Both the position numbers and the translations under genes were made by a program. 32,000 nucleotides of DNA from Corynebacterium glutamicum ATCC 13032. GTDB taxonomy: Bacteria; Actinomycetota; Actinomycetes; Mycobacteriales; Mycobacteriaceae. How positions within the stretch are numbered: the first letter of the stretch is position 1; each line of letters begins with the position of its first letter. The stretch lies in contig NC_003450.3 of assembly GCF_000011325.1 (NCBI RefSeq), positions 2,880,001-2,912,000 on the forward strand, given 5' to 3'. Under the pieces are notes generated by a model, which saw nothing but the letters and a program-made list of their open reading frames with translations, searched no databases and had not been told where the DNA came from. Of this stretch, positions 17,527 to 26,643 are shown piece by piece.

Positions 17527-20327
17527 TAAAACTCTCCCGTACCTGGTAGTTCTGGCCGCTTGTGAGATTGGTTTCCGCGGTCAAGGAACGGCGATTCAGC
17601 GGGATTCTCTGAGCGGAAGTCTTCATTGGTGGGCATTCTGTCGAACAAGGTTGGATCAAAGGTTGTTTGTTGAGGTCGGACAAATGAGATGTCAGCGTCT
17701 TCGGCGGGTTCACTGATTTGGAGCAGCACTTCGCTGATTCCGATGGCATCTGATTCGTTTTCTTGTGGCTGGTACATGCACAGGGAAGGATCCAGGCTGA
17801 GGATGCCTTTCACGCGACCTTTTTCGCTGGCGATTTCGCCGTTGAAGAAACCAACAGTTACCAGGTCTTTTAGTGGTTGTTGGTATGGTGCGTCGACCTT
17901 TTCGCCACCGCGATAGATCTGGAGTGAATTCAAAATACCGGATCGAACTTCATGGCTTTCCTGCGAGAGTTGCAGGGTGATGTCATCCCAGATCTGCACG
18001 CTGCGATCTGTTTGGCGGAATTTTTCGCCGGTCACGAAATCCGACAATCTGGCTAGATCACCGTAGGAGCCTTCGCCGGTGCTGCCAAAAAGGGTGCGTT
18101 CATTGACGCTGTTTCCAGACTCCGCTGCCAAGGCATCTGATGCGGAGTTCAGCGCAGCCATTACCCGTTCGCTCACCCATCCCTGCTGGTATAGGTCTCG
18201 GCGGAATTGTCTGGTCAGTTTCTCCACGGCATCTGAATCAGGAATAGCCTCGGCGAAAATGACTGAATCTGGCATCGAGTTAATGGGGATCGGTGATTCC
18301 CTGCGGGCTCGTTCAATGTTGCCGAAAGGTCGTTCCAGCAGTGCACCCATAATCTTGGATACAGACAGGAACTGTTGGTAGCCCACTTGAATGCGGAGCT
18401 GTGCCTGCTGCGAAATCTTCAGGTTCTTCTTCGCAGCATCAAGCTCGGTGACTAGGTCTTTACGCAGGTGAGTAAATCGAATTTCATCGCGAGTCTCAAA
18501 AATGCATTGCGCAATCCAACAAATCAGCCAGATACCAAACCAAATTCCGAAGAATTTCCACTTGAAAGCGGTGTCTGTCGCAGCGAAACTTACAGCCCAG
18601 CGACTGATGTCCATTGGAGTTTCAGCCAAGTAGTATTCTGCAGCCCACCACACGCCAAAGATGGCCGCGGACCAGAACGATACCCAACCCAACCAGCGGA
18701 AAACTCGGGATCCTAAACCTGTTCCATCGAAGGATTTTCCTTGTTGGGACAGGCGATTAATTTCTTGATTCCACCGCTTTTCCTGAGATTCCATCTCCCG
18801 TTGGAGATTTTGCAGCCCAGATCCCACGAAGTAGGCAAAACTCTTCGAGTTTTGGTCTTGCCAGCGCTTGAATTCGCCAATAACCTGGCCCATTCCGCGC
18901 TGCCCGCGGTCGCTTTCTTTTGCTAATCGACGCTCAAACTCAGCGACGCCTTCCAGGTCGTACGGGGGCACTTCTTCGACATCGACAGCCACTTTGACCT
19001 CAACGGGCAGCCCATCGCCATAGTTAGTTTCTGGGCCTGGGATAACGTCAGCGCTTCGTCGTGCAACAACCACTCGTTGGGATTGTCCAGTGTGAACGAC
19101 CGACGGGGTTCTCATCCCGTTTTCACCGTAAGCAATTGCGCGAGGCTGAGCATCAAGAAGGCTCATTGCGGTGTTGGCATATGCTTGCCACAGTTCTTGA
19201 AGATCAGCGGCATATCTGATTTTGAGGTCCTCAGACTGCACTGCCCTCTGGTTTTTGTTTCCACTCAAAGCAGACGCAGTGACACGATCACCCACGCGAG
19301 TACCCGAACCGGAATTGCCGTAGACACTTGCTTGAAGTGCATCTTCTGCGAAGGTCTTTGATTCAGCAGAAAACTCAGCAAAGAAGCGGTTCGGTGTAGT
19401 CACCATCTTCTTGATCCAGACGCTGAAGAACTGCTTAACTACCGCACTTCCAGAAATCGTCTTCGTTTTCTCAACATGAGCTGCAGCTTCTTCACCGATC
19501 AGTGGAGTTCTGAACTCATCAAGAATTTCCTGAGCTGCTTTTTGGGCGAAGGTATCCGGATTTTCTGCGTACTGCGCAGTGCGCTCCTTACCTGGAATGT
19601 CCAAGCGAGGAAGCGGGTTTTCCGCGGTGCTGAGAATCTTCTCCTTGAGACGAGCCTGAACTGCTTGGCCGTCAATTCGCCTGTAAAAAGACCTCACCAA
19701 ACGAAAGCTGGAACCTTTCGCAGGTACGAGCTGTTCGATTGGTGTGGATGTGCTGCCTTCCCACAGTCCGTACAAGCTGGCGATATTAGCCACGCAGTGC
19801 AGGGTGAAACGGTGATCGCTGAAACCATGACGGTAGGTCACTGTTGCGGTGCCTGGGCTGTGGCTATCTTCAGGTGCCAGCATCAGGTTCACATAACCAC
19901 GAAGAATTGGAAGTTCCTCATCAAGTGTGGCAGCCACCGCACCGATCATCACGTTGGATCGGTGAATTTGGTGGTGTGAACAGACACTGTCGATGATCCC
20001 AACCAATGGGTTGAGTTCTTCTGCATGAAGCATGCCTTCGCTGCCATCAATGACGTTGATGACACCGATGTGAAGCTTGGTGGTTCGTGACCGGGACACC
20101 AACTCATTGAAAGGTCGTCGCTGAAGCTCCGGAAGACCGTCTTGGTTGGTTGCCAAGTGGGTGACTTCAGATGAAGACTCGTGGAAACTATCGGCATCAA
20201 TCCACACCAGGTTGCGGACTAGGCCGGTTTCTGCGAAGTCTTCTAGGGTCTGTCGGATCCCTTCAGCGGTCAGACCCCTCCCCAGAAACACCGTCAAAAT
20301 GGTGTCCTGCGAATAGGCGGCGGACAT
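17526..20327 (-). CDS. 933-aa membrane protein with a central Trp-rich TM hairpin and an LPGTGEF C-terminus
   Basis: The ATG abuts the upstream TAA (TAAATG). Two hydrophobic helices sit at about aa 543-566 and 589-610 (18498-18701) and carry 9 Trp. Large domains on both sides lack a signal peptide. The C-terminal tail ELPGTGEF lies at 17529-17552. Confidence 0.85.
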   Translation of the reverse strand: MSAAYSQDTILTVFLGRGLTAEGIRQTLEDFAETGLVRNLVWIDADSFHESSSEVTHLATNQDGLPELQRRPFNELVSRSRTTKLHIGVINVIDGSEGMLHAEELNPLVGIIDSVCSHHQIHRSNVMIGAVAATLDEELPILRGYVNLMLAPEDSHSPGTATVTYRHGFSDHRFTLHCVANIASLYGLWEGSTSTPIEQLVPAKGSSFRLVRSFYRRIDGQAVQARLKEKILSTAENPLPRLDIPGKERTAQYAENPDTFAQKAAQEILDEFRTPLIGEEAAAHVEKTKTISGSAVVKQFFSVWIKKMVTTPNRFFAEFSAESKTFAEDALQASVYGNSGSGTRVGDRVTASALSGNKNQRAVQSEDLKIRYAADLQELWQAYANTAMSLLDAQPRAIAYGENGMRTPSVVHTGQSQRVVVARRSADVIPGPETNYGDGLPVEVKVAVDVEEVPPYDLEGVAEFERRLAKESDRGQRGMGQVIGEFKRWQDQNSKSFAYFVGSGLQNLQREMESQEKRWNQEINRLSQQGKSFDGTGLGSRVFRWLGWVSFWSAAIFGVWWAAEYYLAETPMDISRWAVSFAATDTAFKWKFFGIWFGIWLICWIAQCIFETRDEIRFTHLRKDLVTELDAAKKNLKISQQAQLRIQVGYQQFLSVSKIMGALLERPFGNIERARRESPIPINSMPDSVIFAEAIPDSDAVEKLTRQFRRDLYQQGWVSERVMAALNSASDALAAESGNSVNERTLFGSTGEGSYGDLARLSDFVTGEKFRQTDRSVQIWDDITLQLSQESHEVRSGILNSLQIYRGGEKVDAPYQQPLKDLVTVGFFNGEIASEKGRVKGILSLDPSLCMYQPQENESDAIGISEVLLQISEPAEDADISFVRPQQTTFDPTLFDRMPTNEDFRSENPAESPFLDRGNQSHKRPELPGTGEF

Positions 20328-23300
20328 TTAGAACTCACCCTCACCAGGTAGAGAAGGTCCTGAAGAAACGTCGCGGCGAGCTACGTTCATGTCAAAGACC
20401 TGTGCTGATGGTGGACCTGCAGCCAAGCACTTTTCCAGGATGTCGATGATTTCTTGGGTGCCATCAAAAACATCGGCTGCAAGGTCAGCAAACACTGGAA
20501 TCTGTGCTGCTAGTTCACGATCCTTGACGTCGCCAAATGGACGATCAGCGGTGGTGAACAGACGGCCTTGGCGAAGCTTGTCGCTTGGGACGTAATTTTG
20601 CGAGATCTCGTTCTGGCGCTGCAGGAAGTTCTTCGCAGCCTCAAAACGTGCAGCTGGGGTGACACCAGCTTCGGTTCCTGGGATCTGGAGGACGTTTCCA
20701 GCCATGCGGTTGCCGTCGAAAAGCCAATCGTGCAGCAGCTTCTCACCGCGGGTGGTGCGTCCTGGCAAGGATGGGCTCGCAGCATCATCCCACAGTTGGC
20801 GGAGCTGGATGTAAGGCTCGACGGATTCAAAGACAGGACGCTCGCCTGCCCGTGCCCATGCCAATGATGCTGATTCCAGAAGGTTTGGCAGCCAATCGAG
20901 GCTTCCACGGAAACGGGACACTGGGGTGAGCATTGGGGTGGAGAAGTTGATCCACGAATCAGACTTCTCATCGTAGATCTGCACTGGAGTGGTATCCGCA
21001 GTGTCTAGAGTTGCGGGGAAGAATACTCGTCCGACCAGACGACCGATGTACCAACCCTTGACCATGGCGTTGCGCTCTAGGTCTGTCATTGGAAGTGCAG
21101 CAGTCAAAGGACGAGTACGGCGGCCATGCCAGAATTCCGTGCGATCGCCGGTGATCTGACGCCACTGCTTCTCGATTGGAGGCAGCAGGGAGTCAAACAC
21201 GATCGGCGCGTAGTTGGGGTAAGAGCCGAAGATATCAATGGAACGCTCTTCACCTTGGGAGACCAAAGCCTTGCCCAGTGGCTTGGAAATATCTGCTGGT
21301 CGGTGGTTCGGGTAATCACGAACTGCCTGTTCCAGGCTGGATCCAAGCTCATCGCCGGCAAATGGGATGCGAGAGAAGTTGAAGTTGTAGCGGACTTCAT
21401 CGCCGTAAAGCGCACGAACCAGTTGAGGGTTGATCTGAGCCAATGGAAGCGCGTAGGTCATTGCCTCACTGAACTTGCTCAGCACCTGCTGACGGCGCGC
21501 GCGACGCTCGTGGTCTGCCAAGCCCGGCGCGGTGATGAATTCACGCAGTGAGCTGGCGATGAACTGCTGGAAGGAGAAACCAGGGCGGCGGATGTACTGG
21601 CGGGAGCGCTCGAGTACTTCGCCGGTATCAATCTTCAGCTCAAAGCGTGCTTGCTTAGGGTCGCGGAGGCTTCCCGAACCGGACGGATCCCTGGTCAGGT
21701 CACGGGCAACCCATACGTCGATGAGGCGGATGAGATCGCGTGGTGCTTTTTCAGAGCCGGACTTGGATTCCCACACACCGCTGACTACTCGAGTTGAGGC
21801 CTCTTGCAGGGCGCTCGAGTAATCGTTTTGTTCGTTGATGTCATCGGTGGACGAGCGGACGTGTGCTTGGAACTGCTCCGGGAAGGAGGCGACATCGGTC
21901 AGGAAGACTTCGTTGGCTGCCTGACTGAAACGTGACGGGACGGTAGTTTGAGATTCATCTGGCCACAGTGCTGGAACGTTGGTTTTCAGCTGGGAGATTC
22001 CCAGGTTCACATCGTTGGTGAGCTGGTAGTCCTTTTCTAGGGAGTGGTGCTCACGTTGGATGGTGCGCTGAAGTGGGTAGATGAAATTTTTGAGGAAATC
22101 GTCCAGAACCGAAGCCATGTGGTCCGCAATGTATTGCACTGCGCGGGTGTGTAGTTGACCAGTGGATCGTGACACGATTTCCTGGATGTAGCTGTCAGAA
22201 TCGTCGATCCTGCCCTTGCTGTTGTCCAGTTCACTGCGGCTGACATCGTCTAGTTGAACAGCCTCAGGTGCACGGTTGTTTGCCAGATCAGAAAGCTGTC
22301 CGATGAGTTGGTTTTGGATTGTGGCGCTGAGAGATTCGATCACGCTGACGCCGTAAGGAACGCCCAGTTTTGCGATCTCATCACGAAGCAACTCGACTAC
22401 TCGGCGCTGCAACACATCAGCACTGGCCCAGTCGGCGACACCCATGTAGAGCTCATGGCGGGAGTCATTATCAATCATCTGGCTGGATGATTGGAAAGCA
22501 CGCTGGACATCCCCGAGCCATTCACTTCCGCGCTGGCCATTAGCTGCAGGAATTTGGCTCTTGATGATTGCTTTCATACGCTGGGTCCAGTTTTCAATCA
22601 TCTGGTTGAAACTATGGAAAATCCAGTCCCCTGCCGGCGCGTTGACGGGCAAAACGTCGCTGAGGTTGCCCATCAGCGATGGACGGTTGTTCTCGAGTCG
22701 CTTTTGAAGCTGCTGGTCAGAGGCCGCATCATTGCTTGGATCAAAGTGTCCCTTGAGCAGACGATCCACGGCAGAGCGTGCCAGTCGCTGGGCGGCGTAT
22801 TCTGCGTAGCGATCACGACCCATGGATAGTTGTGAGTAGCCGTAGCTGCCCCACGGAATGTTCTTAGCTTCCTGTGCACCCCATGCGTACTTGCTCTGAT
22901 CGGCACTTCCGCCACCACGGTTGCCGAGGGTGAATTGCTCGAAGTTGTCCATGGACACTTCATCAGCCATCAGAGCTGCAAGGCCACGGCCGAGTGCGCG
23001 GTAGACGGTATCTGGCTTGCCATCACCAAGCAGAGCGCCGTTTTCACCGGAGCGAATACCCACTGGGAAGATACGTCCAACTGGGATGGAGTCATCGCCA
23101 ACAGAAACACCCAAAGCGTTAAACAGTCGGGCATCTTCTTCGGAAGCTGCACCCATCTGTGCTGCTGCGAGCTCGGCAAACATGGCCAGCGCGTTTGGGT
23201 TAGTTCCGGCAACCTGGTCTGGGGAAAGCTGGGAGAAGATATCCGGGGTCACCATAAACAGTGAGCTCAGACCCACTGCGTTGCCTTCAAGACCGGTGAG

Positions 23301-23921
23301 CAGGCGGCAGATATCTAGAGCCATCGAAGCACCGGCGCCACCAGCCATGGAGGAGACAACGAAGATAATTGGCTGCTCTTTAGAGGTTTCACCACTGGAA
23401 ACAGACGTGCCATACAGTGCAGAACGAAGGTCAGCGAGCTCACGTTCAGTCTCACCGCTGAACAACACATCCCATGATTTACGTAATTCAGCCTGAATTT
23501 CCTGAAGTCGGCTCAGGATCAACATACGGCCAATGGAGCGGTACTGGCCCGCACCTTTACTAATTGGGGTGGTTTCAGAATCAGGGTTTCGAAGCGCCCA
23601 TGAAGAAACGCCACCCAACGCGCCCCTGGAGGAGAGCTGGTTGGACACCGCAGTATCAACGGTGGCATAGCGATCCGAGGAACCACAGGAAATATAACGT
23701 CCACCGGCTTCTGGAACATTCGGAAGGTTCGGGCCGGGGCTTTCTGGGGAGGTCGGAACATCCACCGACACGAACTGCCACGCACCAGGAAGTTTTGCTT
23801 CCTTTGGATTTGGGTAACGCTCGGGAAGACTATCCGCCAGGGTGGTCTTGAGCTGGTCCATCATATAAGCGAGCGTTTTGGCACCTGAACCACCACAGCC
23901 GACAACGAGAACTTTCTTCAT
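20328..23921 (-). CDS. 1197-aa tubulin/FtsZ-superfamily GTPase-like protein with a roughly 900-aa helical extension
   Basis: KKVLVVGCGGSGAKT (23874-23900) compares with FtsZ IKVIGVGGGGGNA. SKGAGQYRSIGR (aa 121-132) compares with the FtsZ T3 loop GLGAGANPEVGR. IIFVVSSMAGGAGASMALD (AGGAGAS at 23325-23345) compares with the tubulin signature [SAG]-G-G-T-G-[SA]-G. AAGGA precedes the ATG. The C-terminal tail is SLPGEGEF. Confidence 0.85.
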   Translation of the reverse strand: MKKVLVVGCGGSGAKTLAYMMDQLKTTLADSLPERYPNPKEAKLPGAWQFVSVDVPTSPESPGPNLPNVPEAGGRYISCGSSDRYATVDTAVSNQLSSRGALGGVSSWALRNPDSETTPISKGAGQYRSIGRMLILSRLQEIQAELRKSWDVLFSGETERELADLRSALYGTSVSSGETSKEQPIIFVVSSMAGGAGASMALDICRLLTGLEGNAVGLSSLFMVTPDIFSQLSPDQVAGTNPNALAMFAELAAAQMGAASEEDARLFNALGVSVGDDSIPVGRIFPVGIRSGENGALLGDGKPDTVYRALGRGLAALMADEVSMDNFEQFTLGNRGGGSADQSKYAWGAQEAKNIPWGSYGYSQLSMGRDRYAEYAAQRLARSAVDRLLKGHFDPSNDAASDQQLQKRLENNRPSLMGNLSDVLPVNAPAGDWIFHSFNQMIENWTQRMKAIIKSQIPAANGQRGSEWLGDVQRAFQSSSQMIDNDSRHELYMGVADWASADVLQRRVVELLRDEIAKLGVPYGVSVIESLSATIQNQLIGQLSDLANNRAPEAVQLDDVSRSELDNSKGRIDDSDSYIQEIVSRSTGQLHTRAVQYIADHMASVLDDFLKNFIYPLQRTIQREHHSLEKDYQLTNDVNLGISQLKTNVPALWPDESQTTVPSRFSQAANEVFLTDVASFPEQFQAHVRSSTDDINEQNDYSSALQEASTRVVSGVWESKSGSEKAPRDLIRLIDVWVARDLTRDPSGSGSLRDPKQARFELKIDTGEVLERSRQYIRRPGFSFQQFIASSLREFITAPGLADHERRARRQQVLSKFSEAMTYALPLAQINPQLVRALYGDEVRYNFNFSRIPFAGDELGSSLEQAVRDYPNHRPADISKPLGKALVSQGEERSIDIFGSYPNYAPIVFDSLLPPIEKQWRQITGDRTEFWHGRRTRPLTAALPMTDLERNAMVKGWYIGRLVGRVFFPATLDTADTTPVQIYDEKSDSWINFSTPMLTPVSRFRGSLDWLPNLLESASLAWARAGERPVFESVEPYIQLRQLWDDAASPSLPGRTTRGEKLLHDWLFDGNRMAGNVLQIPGTEAGVTPAARFEAAKNFLQRQNEISQNYVPSDKLRQGRLFTTADRPFGDVKDRELAAQIPVFADLAADVFDGTQEIIDILEKCLAAGPPSAQVFDMNVARRDVSSGPSLPGEGEF

Positions 23922-23961
23922 GTGTAAATCCTTAAGTTAGTTTTTAATCGCAAGTTACAGG

Positions 23962-26643
23962 TTATCGCGCGCCGAAGCCGCCGCTGGAACCAAATCCACC
24001 ATTTGTGTCGTTGGATCCGCTACCGGAGCCAAAGCCTCCACCATTGCTGGAGCCGAAACCACCACCGGAACCAGTGCCAAAACTAGGAGCTTGCTTTTCG
24101 ACGTGGCCCTGCGCGGCTGGGGCGCGCGGTGGAACCTTTGCGGGCTGGGAGGTCGCGGCGTCGTCAAGCAATTTTTGTAGTTCGCGTGCCCTATCAGGGG
24201 CTTTGCTGGTGATACCTGCGATCATGCGGTCGATTTGGCCCTGCTCGAGCGGCAGGTTTGTCAGGGCGATGAGTTCCATCTTGGAAGGGTCAGCGCCGCT
24301 TGCAGTGAGGAACCAACTGCCTTGGACCGCCAGCGGGAGTTTAGCTTGTGTGCCCTTTTGTTTGCCGTCGAAGCTGATCGACGGGTCGGTCTGCACGATC
24401 ACTGCAGGAGACGCAATCGGGTTCAGCTGGAAGCGCTGGACTTTAAGTTTGTGGCCTTCCACATTGAAGGTGTCTCCATGAACAACGACCTGCTTGGTGG
24501 CGGTGGTTTGCGATGCGAGATCAGGCATAGTGCTGCCCGCATAGCGCAGAGCTTCACCGGAGAATTCCACTGGAATGCGCACGCCACTCATCGCAGAGGA
24601 CGGAACCTTTGCGGAGAGGAAACGCACAATATACAAAATGAGCAGCGGAATCAGGAGGGAAAGCACAAGGGCCAAAATGAATGCCAATGCGAAAGTGGAG
24701 GCGTTAATGGGAACGCTCAACGTGCCTTCTGTCGGCAGATCCACGCTGGTTTCATTGGCGCCCTCAGCGTTGGAGATCTGGAGTGGAATCGAGCCGTTGA
24801 CCAGTCCGTCACGAAGATCGCTCACGGTTAGTTCAACAGGAATCGTGCCCTGCTCATCCAGTCCGAGCACCAAAGCATTATCTGGGCTGTCGAAAGTACT
24901 TGATGCTGCAATGCCGTCCACGCCGTCTGGAAGCACTCCGCTGAGCTGGGTTCCCGGTGCAATCCATACCTTGCCGGGGCCGGTGATGGGGATGTCTACG
25001 GTAACAACGTCCTCATCCGCTGTGAAGCGAACCGACGCTGGCAGCTGAGGCATATCGCGCTGAGTGATGGTGATGCGCGTGGTGTTGAGAATTGGGCTCA
25101 ACGTGGTGCCGGGGAGATCATCGACGCCTGCGGTGGTGATCGTGGTACGCGCTTCCACCGTGCCGATGGCTGGGAGCTGCGAAATCGTATCCAGCGGGAA
25201 GCTTAATTCGCCGCCAGAAATATCAATTCCTTGAGCCAAAGGGGCGAACTCGCCGGTATCTGCGCGGGTGAAACCAAGATCGACCAGCGCGGACCCCTCA
25301 AGGATGCGTGGCTGACCATCACGGCCCACCAGCTGCATATTCAGCTGCTGATCATCGCGAAGGTTAAGTGCACCTGACGTCGAATCACCGCCACTGAACA
25401 CAAGCTGGAGGTCAGGCTGGATCTCCACTGAGTTGAATACGCGTCCATCAACCGCTGCAGGATCAATTCCTTGGAACTGAATCTGCCAGACACCCTTCCA
25501 ATCCCCACCTTGCTGCAGGTTGAGGGAACCATCAGCCATTTTTACTGGGCTGCTTTCGGCTTCCCAACTCACGTCAGTGCTGTTGGCGACGCTGCTTCCA
25601 GAATCTTTGAGCTCAACCGTTTCGCCGTTGGGTGCGGTGAGCACCAAGTGGGCGTTCGGGCCGAGATCATCCTTGGCGATCGCGGTGAAACGCACAGAGT
25701 TCACCGAGTTGTCCAGGGTGAAGCTGAAAGGATCACCAGCTCGGGTTTCACCAATTGTTTCACCACCAATCGCAAGGGCTTCACGGAATGCTGCGAAAAG
25801 TCCGCCCACGTTATCTGCTGGGAAGAATGCACCGTTAGCTGGTTCGACACCACATGTTCCGCCACCTGCGGTGGTTCCGCGCAGCAGGCTGAAATCAGAT
25901 GGGTTGGTAGGTGCCGATAAACCGATGCCGATGTGGGTGATGCCAGCACTGCGCAGTCGATCGGTGACGCCACCCGGCGCGCACAGTGCTGCTTCTGCAA
26001 CATCGGCGCCTTCTTGAGCGGTCAGTGCGCCGTCGGTGAAGGTCACCAGCATGCGGCAGGCGTCCTCAGAGCCGGACCTAGTGAAGTCCTGGTAAGCGCC
26101 CTCAATCGCGGAGGCGTAGTTGGTGTACTGCTCCTGGGTGCGGTCAGCGAAGCGGGAGATTTCATCTTGTACTCCGCCAACGGTGGAGGCATCTAGTTGC
26201 GTCCATGCTCCGTAATTGTCTGGATCAGTGGCACCAGATTTGTACGTCTGGCCGAAACCAGCAACACGGATGCGGGTGTTCAGATCACCATCGCTTTGCT
26301 TGGCTAGAAGCTCATCCACAAAGCTCTGTGCTGCAGGAACACGGTGGTGCTGTGCGTCCGCGCCTGGTTCATTGGCGTTGACCACGCCGTCACGAGCTTC
26401 ATGGATCAAGGATTCTGTCTCATCGATCATGATGATGACATCAAGAGTGCCTTTATCAGCGATGCAGGCACCCAGGTTGCTCAAAGAACCTGACGCTCCG
26501 GCCTCAACTGCAGGTGGTTCCTGCGCCAACGCACTAGGCGCGAGGCTTACCAAAGCGCCAAAAAATAGCGCTGTGGCTGCAGCAACAACGCCTCTGGCAA
26601 AACGGGGTACATTCACGGTTTTAGAGTTCAACGTGTTCACCAT
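23962..26643 (-). CDS. 893-aa bitopic membrane protein: signal peptide, extracytoplasmic vWA (MIDAS) domain, beta-rich region, TM segment, cytoplasmic domain, Gly/Ser/Phe tail
   Basis: I prefer ATG 26643 (MVNTLNSKTVNVPRFARGVVAAATALFFGALVSLAPSALA|QE, a signal-peptide-like N-terminus). The MIDAS motif is DVIIMIDETES (DETES at 26410-26424), later followed by MLVTFTDGAL. The TM segment FALAFILALVLSLLIPLLILYIVRFL lies at 24616-24693. The tail is GGGFGSSNGGGFGSGSGSNDTNGGFGSSGGFGAR. Confidence 0.85.
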   Translation of the reverse strand: MVNTLNSKTVNVPRFARGVVAAATALFFGALVSLAPSALAQEPPAVEAGASGSLSNLGACIADKGTLDVIIMIDETESLIHEARDGVVNANEPGADAQHHRVPAAQSFVDELLAKQSDGDLNTRIRVAGFGQTYKSGATDPDNYGAWTQLDASTVGGVQDEISRFADRTQEQYTNYASAIEGAYQDFTRSGSEDACRMLVTFTDGALTAQEGADVAEAALCAPGGVTDRLRSAGITHIGIGLSAPTNPSDFSLLRGTTAGGGTCGVEPANGAFFPADNVGGLFAAFREALAIGGETIGETRAGDPFSFTLDNSVNSVRFTAIAKDDLGPNAHLVLTAPNGETVELKDSGSSVANSTDVSWEAESSPVKMADGSLNLQQGGDWKGVWQIQFQGIDPAAVDGRVFNSVEIQPDLQLVFSGGDSTSGALNLRDDQQLNMQLVGRDGQPRILEGSALVDLGFTRADTGEFAPLAQGIDISGGELSFPLDTISQLPAIGTVEARTTITTAGVDDLPGTTLSPILNTTRITITQRDMPQLPASVRFTADEDVVTVDIPITGPGKVWIAPGTQLSGVLPDGVDGIAASSTFDSPDNALVLGLDEQGTIPVELTVSDLRDGLVNGSIPLQISNAEGANETSVDLPTEGTLSVPINASTFALAFILALVLSLLIPLLILYIVRFLSAKVPSSAMSGVRIPVEFSGEALRYAGSTMPDLASQTTATKQVVVHGDTFNVEGHKLKVQRFQLNPIASPAVIVQTDPSISFDGKQKGTQAKLPLAVQGSWFLTASGADPSKMELIALTNLPLEQGQIDRMIAGITSKAPDRARELQKLLDDAATSQPAKVPPRAPAAQGHVEKQAPSFGTGSGGGFGSSNGGGFGSGSGSNDTNGGFGSSGGFGAR
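23965..24090 (-). repeat. Gly/Ser/Phe low-complexity tail (GGFGS-type repeats) of the vWA membrane protein
   Basis: The translated C-terminal 42 aa are almost entirely G, S, F and N. Confidence 0.85.
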
